64,000 nucleotides of DNA from Laetmonice hystrix (lineage: Eukaryota). The position numbers and the translations under genes are program-made. Below are positions 15,001 through 27,000 of this stretch, piece after piece (within the stretch, counting starts at the first letter, position 1; each line of letters opens with the position of its first letter). The notes beneath the pieces are model-generated. The model worked only from the letters and a program-made list of their open reading frames with translations, did not search any database and was not told the origin of the DNA. The stretch is taken from the NCBI GenBank assembly GCA_965235115.1, contig OZ249436.1, positions 39,186,001 through 39,250,000 on the forward strand, read 5' to 3'.

Positions 15001-18000
15001 GTCACGTACCTATCCATTTGAATGCGGATTGCAAACTGATGTTTCCCTTCTTACTTATAATTAGGTGTTTCCCGTGCAATGCACAGTCGATTTGATGGGT
15101 GATTGTCACTGTATGGCCTATTGTTGCACATCGATGCCATACTTCAGAAACTACGCGCGTCCATTTTAAAAATACAAGCGCTATGGTGCGCATGCGCGAA
15201 CCGGAACCGGTTCCCTCTGCACATGCGCGCCACAACACAATATAATGGCGACTAGCTGAAATCTGTTTGGAAGTGGCCGCTGGGTTTACAAAAGAGGCCA
15301 TAATATATTACAGAAGATGCGACTCCTCTCAAAAAAGTGTGAAGACCTTCAACAGGTCTTACGGCAACTAGGCATGCGTTTAGATTTATAGGAATCTATG
15401 CAATTCCTTCAGTAGACGTGTTTTTAATTTATTTCAGTGACGATGTTGTCGACCCTCGAACGTAGTGTAACGCAGTGAGTGGGTCGATATATTGGCTAGA
15501 GATGCACCAGTCTGACAGGTTCACCCCCCCCCCCCCCCCCACATGATTTGGCATACGCCAAAAGTACATTGAATGGTAGCAACTTAAAGCGGAGCGTGGA
15601 CTCAATTCACCGGTAAAATGGGTCATACATCTCAAAATGTTAGGACATTAGAAGAAAAAATCAAATATGCAGAAAAATTACTCAGGTGGTCGAAACAAGG
15701 GGTTTTCCTGAGTGATAAAACTGTTGCACGTCGTGCGATTCATTTGCTGCTTTCCCACAGGTAGCGTGCCTGTAGGTAAGGCTATCCCGTTTTTTGCGGC
15801 GCTTAAATAGAATTATTTTTGGAAATATTTGCTGTGTTACTCCCCTATGAAAAGCATAATGATCCGTGAACACCGTCACGGATGGCAATATGGCTGCGCA
15901 ACAGGAACAACGTATCGGCCGCCGAAAAGTCTACCAGGTGTGAGCAAATCACAAGCCTCTATAGCTCAGTGGCTAGAACACTGGTCTCGTAAACCAGGGG
16001 TCGTGAGTTCAATCCTCACTGGAGGCTCTAAGTTTTTTTGTCCTTTCTATCTCTCCTGAAAAACAGGCTGTTTCATCGTTGGCCTCATACTCAATTGAGG
16101 AAAGGGGAATTATTATCCTGTACCTCATATTTGGCCTGCTCCTGTTGCATGTTTTCTTCACTCTACAACTGTCCAGGAAGGTTCATGAACATTATCAGGG
16201 AACGTACTAAGTCACGATATGTGGGCTCACATATCGTGAACGCGTAAATATCTATCACAATTATCTCACTAAGGGCTGTTCAGCGAAACATATTCCAACA
16301 AGAGCGTGTGGTAAAAAAAAAATGTGTTAATTATTTCTTAGGTGTTCTCACTCTCACACCCCAGGAATGGGTTGTTTTCTCCTTCATTTCAGTTTTGCCT
16401 AGCCCATAGGTATTACGCAAGCGGTGGACTTTTTTCCCTCGTAGTGGATTCGCAGCACGTCTCCAAGGCCGCATGTGTCGGGCAGTTCTACAGGTGTCTG
16501 TCTGCCTTTTGTGCCCTACAATGAACTTTCACCAGCCTTAATCATATCACGCCCTCTGTTGGCATACGCCAGAAGTGTGGGGTGTCACTGATATGTTCTC
16601 CCTTGTAATGTTTTGAGCCCGCAAGGTAATAACGATCGCTATTAGCGCAACGCATGCTTCTGGCGTCTACGCAAATGCATATGAAACACTTTAACGCAAC
16701 GATCGCTACCTTCGTCGTTCGCTGATAACGCACGTGTGCGTTATTAGTGTGCGTTCGCTGTTAGTTATGAAACGGGCCCCTGTTGCGTTGAGCGATTCGA
16801 AAGGTAGCGAACGTTGACAGCTTATAAGCAAAATTTGTTAGAACATAGAACATGGATTTCGGCCGCCTGCATTCAATTCGTCCCGATCGGAGGTGTGATG
16901 TTGACGGAGCTCAGCGCCACTTCAGCTGGGCCCCACTCTGACTACGACCGCGGGTAGTGGCAGTGTCAGCACCACTGGAGTGACTCCTGTGATCAGCACA
17001 GACCTGATTGCGTTTAGTTGTGATTGTGACTGTGGGACTGACCCCCGTCGATTTGCCCACCTGGGGCCCGTTTCATAACTAACAGTGAACGCACACTAAT
17101 AACACACACGTGCGTTATCAGCGAACGATGAAGGTAGCGATCGTTGCGTTAAAGTGTTTCATAAGCATTTGCGTAGACGCCAGAAGAATGCATTGCGCTA
17201 ATAGCAATCGTTATTACCGCGCGGGCTCAAAACATTACAAGGGAGAACATATCCAGTGACACCCCACACTTCTGGCGTATGCCAACAGAGGGCGTGATGA
17301 TTAAGGCTGGTGAAAGTTCATTGTAGGGCACAAAAGGCAGACAGACACCTGTAGAACTGCCCGACACATGCGGCCTTGGAGACGTGCTGCGAATCCACTA
17401 CGAGGGGAAAAAAGTCCACCGCTTAATTGCGTAATACCTAAGGGCTAGGCAAAACTGAAATGAAGGAGAAAACAACCCATTCCTGGGGTGTGAGAGTGAG
17501 AACACCCAGACGGGGGAACTCTGTATAATTATAGCCGCATGATCCAGCCAATAAATAACTAATATGTATTTAGTAAGAAATTAAGAAATAATTAACACAG
17601 TTTTTTTACCACCACTTACGCTCTTGTTGGAATATGTTTCGCTGAACAGCCCTTAGTGAGATAATTGTGATAGATATTTACGCGTTCACGATATGTGAGC
17701 CCACATATCGTATCTTAGTACGTTCTCTGATAATGTTCATGAACCTTCCTGGACAGTTGTAGAGTGAAGAAAACATGCAACAGGAGCAGGCCAAAAATGA
17801 GGTACAGCATAATAATTCCCCTTTCCTCAATTGAGTATGAGGCCAACGATGAAACAACCTGTTTTTCAAGAGAGTTAGAAAGGACAAAAAAAACTTAGAG
17901 CCTCCAGTGAGGATTGAACTCACGACCCCTGGTTTACGAGACCAGTGCTCTAGCCACTGAGCTATAGAGGCTTCTGATTTACTCACTCCCGGTAGACTTT

Positions 18001-21000
18001 TCGGCGGCCGATACGTTATTGTTCCTGTTGCGCAGCTATGTCTCCATCCGTGGCGGTGTTCACGGATCATTATGCTTTTTATAGGGGAGGTCGGGGAGTA
18101 ACACAGCAAATATTTCCAAAAATAATTCGATTCAAGCGCGGCAAAAAACGTGATAGCCTTACCTACAGGCACGCTACCTGTGTGAAAGCAGCAAATGAAT
18201 CGCACGACGTACAACAGTTTTATCACTCAGAAAACCCCTTGTTTCGACCACCTGAGTAATTTTTCTGCATATTTGATTTTTTCTTCTAATGTCCTAACAT
18301 TTTGAGATGTACGACCCATTTTACCAGTGAATTGAGTCCACGCTCCGCTTTAAAAGGGCATGCTAAAATGTACGTTTTTGAGGATTTCCGGCGATTATCC
18401 AACATGACCGTGTACTGGGGGACTAAGTAAATAATCCTACCACAGCATTTTGTCCTCCGACGTGTTTTCGCTGCGTATGCAGCACAAGTAGATTCTATTC
18501 GACCAAACCTATAGATTTCTCCTGATAGCACATCTCGCGCCATAATTTAGGAGACAACCTCCCATCAACCCGTGTAATCGCGTACTGCGTCACATCCTGT
18601 TTGTGCACTCTTGGCAAACTTGTTCCCACCGCGCATGCACGACCTCTGACCTCTGCCGTTGGAGAGTGGGTCACTGGGTGCTTGGTCACGTGCTTCACTT
18701 AGTTGTAAACAGCCGGCTTATCGTTCTCACCCAAAAAATATTTTACGGAATCAGCAGTGAAGCGGGCAAGGAAAGAAAGATACAGAAGTTGGAAAAGACG
18801 GCAAGTCAATCTCGGAAACCAAGGCAGGGGGCCGCAGGCGAGGTTGGCGGGGTCGATGGCGGTGAGACTGAGGAGACAGTCGAGTGTCACACGATGAGGT
18901 CACGATCGGCCGGTCAGGCTGTGTGTGTTGGGGGAGCGGGGGTAGACACACGGGACACGGTCGGTAGGTACGTACGGAGCCGCTATTCCCGATTCCTTCC
19001 ACCACGATCGAGTGTCAGACAATTTCCTGACTGATAAATCTAAACGTACACACGAAATGTTTGGCGTTTATACTCGCCATCTCCATCCCGTTCGTAGCCA
19101 TGCAAAACGCTTCAAAACAAACCGTCTGAGCATGCGCGAGGGTTCTGCGTGTCACGTGTGTCAACAAAAGCCACGTGCAAACGATGGGCAGAGCTGTTTT
19201 TCCAGATAGCCAGCAAGGGGGCTCCAAAAACTTCGATTTCGCACGCAAAATGGAACTGATTTGTTTACCAAGCAATTTAATGAAGGATCTATTCATGAAA
19301 ACAGCAAAAGTTCTTTGAAATACCGATTTGTCACTTTTTCCCATAAAATGCACCTTTAAGTTGCTACCATTCAACGTACTTTTGGCGTATGCCAAATCAT
19401 GTGTGTGTGTGTGGGGGGGGGGGGGGCATGAACATGTCAGACTGGTGCATCTGGAGACGATTGTAAATGATACAATTGAGTAACATTACGACCCAGGCAC
19501 CTGATAATTCCTAACTATTCCATTCGTACATGCTATGTACATATAGCATTCAGGTTTCATGTACATGTAATTGTAATAGTCATTTTTTTTCGGAAATAAC
19601 AGCAGTCGTTTGTATTTGTACGAATCATATTGAGAATAACAAATATTTTCTAAATGGACATTTTACCCCTTTTTCGTCCCGGTACAATTGACCCTGGGGT
19701 GTGTTACTATTGACCCGGGTATAGGGGACAATTATAACACTCGACACCCATTGGAAAATTGTACCGTTCTCCCGTTTCAGCTATTTTGGTCTGCATAATA
19801 TAGGAAACATTGAGGTATATGTCGATATTATTCGAGGCCCTCTACTTCAGTTGGGCTTTCAGTAAACACCAATAATGTGAAAAATGTTACAATTGTCCCC
19901 GGGCTCCCCTACTTTTCAATATAGGTACGTAAAGTACGTATTTTCGTAGAATTGGCAGCTTTATATTTCATACTGGGAAGTTAGCGCAGACCCTTATAGG
20001 TGCGCGTTAATTAAACGATTTTAGAGCCAGACAACGCGCGCTATGAACGCATAGTGCGTTGCGTTATTAGTTATGCAACACATTGACCTCAAATGCGGCT
20101 ATATTTGCGCATCTGCGTTAATAACGCGGCTGCGTTATTAGTTATGAAACGGGCCCCAGCCTCGGCTGCCTTTACTTCAGTCTAGTCTAGCCTAGCCCAG
20201 GCATGGGCACAAGAACTTCACTTACTTCCGGCCAAATGGCTGCACCGTTGAAGGCAGTGATTTTGACATGGTTGTCATGTTCAACATATGACTTCTTGGA
20301 ATGGGTGGACATTTTTTTCCAACCACTACTCTGAAAGGTAAGTATATATAGAGGCATTGCAGCTGTCCAAATGTGATTTTTGACTTCTCCTTTAACCACT
20401 AAGGTGGCGCCTTTCATAACGTGCTCGGAATGCACTGCCACTTGTAAACACACTCTCCGCTGCAAGATGTCACTGCTGTCTGGATATAAACACTTTGCTA
20501 ACACTTGCAGGGGCGCCGCTGCCTATTTCAAAGTGGGGGGACAATCTTGGTGTGTTTGACCTTTTCCCCCGAGATTTATGTACCATAAGAATTGCAAAAT
20601 AACAGTGTATTCACCCCCCCCCCCAAGGGATCAGTGAGGGATTAATCAGGGGGCTTGCCTCCCCTTAGATCTTCTTTTTTTGTATGAAGATGTATTATAC
20701 TATTAGTACCTACAGTTACAATGAAATCATGTCGAGCGTAGCGAGGCTAAAAAATATTTTTAGGTGGGCCCCACCTGGCCGTTGACATCACAAAAAACAG
20801 TATCAAGCAATATTTATCAGAAGCCAAAAAAGTTGACGATTAGGCCTAAAACACACTTTTACCAAATAAAATAGAGACCGTCCCCATCCTACTTGCCACT
20901 TTCTATTCTACCACACTAGGCCTAGTAAAAATTGGTAAACCTCACTCATTATTTGAATACATTCACGCATGAGGTCTTTTTCTTCAAAATCAAATAGGAA

Positions 21001-24000
21001 GGCCCAACATGGGGGTGAAAAATGTTGACGGCCGCAGGCCTAACGCTGTCAGACAATAATTAAAGCGTGGCAGATTGACCTGAATATTCAGGTCTATGAG
21101 CTAAGCAAGAGACGGTACAGGGGCAGATCCAGCTTTTTCAAGTAGGGGGGCCAACGTTTTTAGGGACGCAACCGGTGTGACTGTACGAGCGCCGAAGGCA
21201 CAAAGCCTTGTTAGGGGGTCCGGGGGCATGCCCCCGAACATTTTTCAAATTCAAGGTGTAATTTGGTGAAATCTGATGCATTTTCATTTTGGATCACAAA
21301 GCTATTTAAAGACCAATGATGTCAAAAGTCTTATGTAGTCATACAATGCCGTGAGGCGCCATGAACGGCAGGAGGGGCGCCATGAAATATATATATTTTA
21401 GGGGGGTCCAGACCCTATGTGACCCCCTACCCTGGATCCGCCAGTGTGGTAGGACTAAGGTACACAGGGAAGCTGCAGGGGATCTAGGCCGCGGTTAGGC
21501 CCATATTAATCATAGAACAGCAAAGCATAGACCTATCTCCTAAACACATGACATAGGCTTAGGCCTGCGAAGGCCAAGATTAAAAATGATGAAAATCTAT
21601 CTTTAATTTGCCTCCCATGGGCAATTCACCTTAAAAAGCTAGGCATAGGGAGTATAAGAAGACCTGTTACAGTAGATCTATCTATTAGGCCTAGCTTCAA
21701 CTTCAAGGAGCCTTTGACCTTTTTAGGTCGCCAGCAAAAGTGGGGGGGACATGTCCCCCCGTCCCCCCCGGCAGCGGCGCCCCTGACTTGATTTAAATAT
21801 TCATGAGCTGACGGCCTACTGGAATTTCATCCAATAACAGCTCTTGGATTTAACATGTTTTGGGACTATACAGCAAATTTTAGGTATTGATCTTGTGTCA
21901 CAGTGGCGAAATGTCGGAAAGTCCCCTTGTTTTGGTGAGCAGAGAAAACACCTTACACCGCTCGTAAACAATGGATAACTTCGCACAAAAAATAGTTCCA
22001 CTATCCTTTAATAGTTCGTTCCGTATTTGGGGTATATTTAAAATGTAAATAAATTTGTTGGAGTCCCAAGACGATTCTCTATTTACATAGGGTAGCTAGG
22101 TAGTCATATTTTAAGTAGTAATTAAGAAAGTTGGAGAAAGAGTTTGATATGTGAGGAATCAGCGCGTAAACCGCCAAGTGGTGGCAGAGACATAATGCTA
22201 CGCGCAATGTCTCATGAGGGAAAGTTGTAAACACGGTCGTAATGTAGAGCTTATAAACTCGATAAGCCCTTTTTCTGATATTTTAGGTATTATTTATGAA
22301 TTAAAATAGTGTCTAAGATAGGGTATTGTCATGGCCACACACGGAAAATCATGTTTAAACCCTTAGGCTACAAAAAGGAGTAAGGACAGTCATATTTTAC
22401 AAAGAAGCAAAATGGTGGAGATAGAATAACATAAAAATATATTCCACGCTGGTTACGGACTTCGAAATTATTCTGATACCCTCTGTTAATGTCAATTCCT
22501 AAATCATGTTCTTAATTCTGAATAGCAGTATGTATTTATAATTTGGCATCACGTTCTTCAGGGGTGGAGTGTCCTGAGTTTTCCTATCGGTGTGAGAATG
22601 GCCAGTGTGTATCGTTCTCGTTTGTTTGCAATGGAAACAACGATTGTGAGGATCGGTCAGATGAATTGACATGCGGTAAGTGGCGTCATATCAGATACGA
22701 CGGTCAACATAAGTTCTACAATAAGTTATTGTATTATTGGATTACGATATATGTTATGGACATTTCATTAATATTTTAGTACCGGTATCCCAATTTCAGG
22801 TTACCCCCCCCCCCCCCCATCAGATTACGGGTAACCTGAAGTTAACTTCAAATTACCCCGGTAATCTGAAGTTGGGTTAAAGAAGCCCTTCGGTTAGGGT
22901 TATGGTAAGTTTAGGGTTAGGTCTATTTGAATTAACGCGCTAAACATTTTTTTATTCAAAGTTTATTTTAGGTAACTTGAATCGGGGGGGAGGGGGGAGT
23001 AATTTGAAGTTAACTTCAGATTACCAGGGGGCGGGGTAACTTCAATGAGGGGTAATCTGAAGTTGTTATACTGGTCCATTGAACCGGAAGCCAAGTCGCA
23101 AACGCCACCCTCTGATTTGGATGTAGACTCTACTACCATTTCTCTTCCTTTCAGCTCTTTTGTTCGACACATTCATCGTAAATAGTATGGCGCAAATAGG
23201 CTAAATTTAGTTCAAATTATATTCATTCCCTTAATTTTCTCAGATTACCCCACGTGTTTGGAGACAGAGTTCGAGTGTACGAGTAAAGTTTGCATTCCGA
23301 TGTCACAAAGATGTGACCTTCTGAACGACTGTCCGGACAGTTCCGATGAAGAGGACTGCAGTAAGTCAAAAAATGCTCCTCTACATTTTTTTTTTGTATT
23401 CATGGAGAATAGGAAACGTAGTAAATCTTCGGCCGAAGAATAAATACATTAAGCTTCTTAGTATAAAGTCGCGTTTGACTTTGTAAATTTGGTGACAGGT
23501 ATGTGTGCTGCGAACAAGACGATGCAGTGTTATGACGGGACGTGTATCGCCGAAGCGCGGGTCTGTGACAGCCAAGCTGACTGTCCCGGCCGAGAGCGCG
23601 AGGACGAGTCGGGTTCGGTGTGCAGTCGTTCCACCCCCAAAACATGTCTCGACTGGCGCATACGAGGATTTGTCGAAAACGGACGCTACATGCTGCAGAT
23701 GCCTGGACAGGGTTTTTATCCCATAAAGAATTATTTAACAGTATTGAGTAAAACATTAGAAGTCGGTGAAATGTTTTTAGGACTAACTGCTCTCTATTTC
23801 CCCCCGCATATTACATCGAAATCGGGGTTAATATAGTAAGCTCATTGTTTTGTACTTTTTCCTTTTTCTCTCAGATCTGCAGTTCACATTTTAAAATCCT
23901 CGCTTAGAGAAATAAACAAAATTTATTCCTGCATCCTACAACCAACCTTTTCCATGTGCACCATAAAAGACAAACAACTCAATTCATCTTTACTGTGTAT

Positions 24001-27000
24001 TTTCCTTGCTATCTCAGAACAAAGTTCCGTTAGCTGTGACATGACGAGTGTTCCTGACCACGTGGTTACTGTAATACACCATAACACAGAAACCCACAAT
24101 ATCAGCTTCCACGGCTTCGAGGCTCCTGCTTCCTACAGGCGTAACATCTCCTATTTTGCCTCTTGGAATCTCATCATGACTGTCAGGTAGGCCGTGTAGA
24201 TAGGTTTAAATGAAAAAGGGGAAAATCCATTCCAAAGAAAATGGAACGTTGAATAGCTATATTAATTCGTTTTTGCATGTACGATGATTATTCTTGTATT
24301 TGAAGCGTATCCAACACAAAGGGACGTCAGATACACTGTGTTAAAATCAAAATCGCCACTTTCCACATTCATTTTAGTGGGCAGACCTGTGATTCCCAAG
24401 TAATTCACACAAAAAATCATGTTTTCCGTTTTTTTCAACATTTCCGTATTTCAACAGGTCTCTCTCAGTGCGTTGTGAACAGTTCATGGAGATGTTATGT
24501 TTCAACGCCGAAACGTTTTCGAAGAGTTGGTGGGTTTCTGCGGACGATGAGAAACAGTGGTACCATGGGCGGCCAGGACCATGTCAATGTTGGCTCAACA
24601 AATCCTGCTCTGAGGGTGAATCACGGTAAGTTTATCTGACACGACGCGTGTGCATGATGGAATCCCATCATAAGTTCATCAGTTACAACGAACCTTGGCC
24701 CCGTTTCCTAACTAATAACGCAGCCGCGTTATTAACGCAGATGCGCAAATAGCCTCATTTGAGGTTAATGTGTTGCATAACTAATAACGCAACGCACTAT
24801 GCGTTCATAGCACGCGTTGTCTGGCTCTAAAATCGTTTAATTAACGCGCACCTACAAGGGTCTGCGCTAACTTCCCATTTCGAAATATAAAGCTGGCAAT
24901 TCCATGAAAATACGTAACGTGGATACTTATGTTGAAAAGTAGGGGAGACCAGGGACAATTGTAACATTTTTCACATTGTTGGTGTTTACTGAAAGCATCA
25001 CTGAAGTATAGGGCCTCCAATAATATCGACATATACCTCAATGTTTCCTATATTATGCAGACCAAAATAGTTAAAACGGGAGAACGGTACAATTTTCCAA
25101 TGGGTGTCGAGCGTTATAATCGTCCCCTATACCCGGGTCAATAGTAACACACCCCAGGGTCAATTGTACTGGGACGAAAAAGGGGTAAAATGTCCATTCA
25201 GAAAATATTTGTTATTCTCCATATGATTCGTACAAATACAAACGACTGCTGTTATTTCCGAAAAAAAAATGCCTATTACAATTACATGTACATGAAACCT
25301 GAATGCTATATGTATGTCACGGACGAGATTGGAATCCGGCCCGATTTCGAACTGGGCTGGTCCAGATCGGAATTCCAATCTGGGCCAGCCCAGAATGGGA
25401 TTCCGATCTCGGCCGGCCCAGTTCGGAATCGAGATCGGCCGAGATCGGAATCCCATTTTGGGCCGGCCCAGATTGGAATTCCGATCTGGGCCGGCCCAGT
25501 TCGGAATCGGGCCGGATTCCAATCTCGTCCGTGACATGTACATAGATGGTTGGAATGGTTAGGAATTATCAGGTGCCTGGGTCGTAATGTTACTCAATTG
25601 TATCATTTACAATAGTCTCCAGATGCACCAGTCTGACATGTTCATGCCTCCCACACATGATTTGGCATACGCCAAAAGTACGTTGAATGGTAGCAACTTA
25701 AAGCGGAGCTTGAACTCAATTCACTGGTAAAATGGGTCGTACATCTCAAAATGTTAGGACATTAGAAGAAAAAATCAAATATGCAGAAAAATTACTCAGG
25801 TGGTCGAAACAAGGGGTTTTCCTGAGGGATAAAACTGTTGTACGTCGTGCAATTCATTTGCTTCTTTCACACAGGTAGCATGCCTGTAGGTAGGGCTATC
25901 ACGTTTTTTTGCCGCGCTTGAATCGAATTTTTTTTGGAAATATTTGCTGTGTTACTCCCCGACCTCCCCTATAAAAAGCACAATGATCCGTGAACACCAT
26001 CACGGATGGCAATATGGCTGCGCAACAGGAACAACGTATCGGCCGCCGAAAAGTCTACCAGGTGTGAGTAAATCACAAGGCTCTATATAGCTCACTGGAT
26101 GGAGTACTGGTCTCGTAAACCAGGGGTCGTGATATTCTAAGCAAGTTAAAAAATATTTGAACACAATTGGTGCTCAAATAGTTAAGATATAAGCACTTCA
26201 GTGCCGGAGCCTGCTTAGAACCTCCTCTGCTGGTCATCGCGGCCATAGCTCAGGGGCGCCGCTGCCTATTTCAAAGTGGGGGGGACAATCTTGGTGTGTT
26301 TGACCTTTTCCCCCCGAGATTTTTGTACCATAAGAATTGCAAAATAACAGTGTATTCACCCCCCCCCCCCCAAGGGGCGGACCCAGGATTTTCTTTGCGG
26401 GGGGTGGGGGGGGGGGGGGTGTCAGAAGTGCCACGCGCCGAAAGGGGGGGGGGGCTCCGACTTTGGGAATATAAAAGGCCATCGGTGCTATTTCCCGGCT
26501 TCTCAGCATCAAACTAAAGAGCTTTCGGTGCCGACCTTTTGCTCAAGATTAATGTATTGATCAGTGAGGGATTAATCAGGGGGCTTAGATCTTCCTTTTT
26601 TGTATGAAGATGTATTATACTATTAGTACCTGCAGTTACAATGAAATCATGCCGAGCGTAGCGAGGCTAAAAGTTTTTTTAAGGTGGGCCCCACCTGGCC
26701 GCTGACATCACAAAAAACAGTAGGCCTATCAAGCAATATTTATCAGAAGCCAAAAAAGCCACACTTTTACCAAATAAAATAGAGACCGTCCACATCCTAC
26801 TTGCCACTTTCTATTCTACCACACTAGGCCTAGTAAAAATTGGTAAACCTCCCTCATTATTTGAATACATTCACGCATGAGGTCTTTTTCTTCAAAATCA
26901 AATAGGAAGGCCCAACATGGGGGTGAAAAATGTTGACGGCCGCAGGCCTAACGCTGTCAGACAATAATTAAAGCGTGGCCTAGATTTCCTAGAGCTTAAG

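Larger units (their letters stand above)
14226..16779 (+). mobile_element. Harbinger-like non-autonomous element, copy A (tRNA-carrying)
   Basis: 19-bp TIR GGGCCCGTTTCATAACTAA; CTG TSD at 14223-14225 and 16780-16782. The empty site with one CTG is visible in the paralogous host copy near 63773-63789. Confidence 0.88.
17064..20156 (-). mobile_element. Harbinger-like non-autonomous element, copy B (inverted relative to A)
   Basis: Same TIRs; flanks CTG (17061-17063) and CAG (20157-20159); reverse complement of copy A apart from private insertions. Confidence 0.88.
13978..20391 (+). mobile_element. Kolobok/T2-like MITE ('X') hosting two Harbinger insertions
   Basis: TTAA at 13974-13977 and 20392-20395; right end ..GACTTCTCCT. 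Pieces 13978-14222, 16783-17060 and 20160-20391 are collinear with the uninterrupted copy at 63310-64000 (reverse). Confidence 0.7.

Noticed and set aside
17678..18226. 182-aa ORF, and related ORFs at 15829-16247
   Set aside because: Chance reading frames through the tRNA gene and transposon interior; the frame is not conserved between copies.
22890..22922. TTAGGG-like motifs (also ~32335-32375) as interstitial telomere
   Set aside because: Only a few degenerate units inside small inverted-repeat elements.
25160..25562. Repetitive ORFs on both strands
   Set aside because: Artefact of the GC-rich palindromic MITE.
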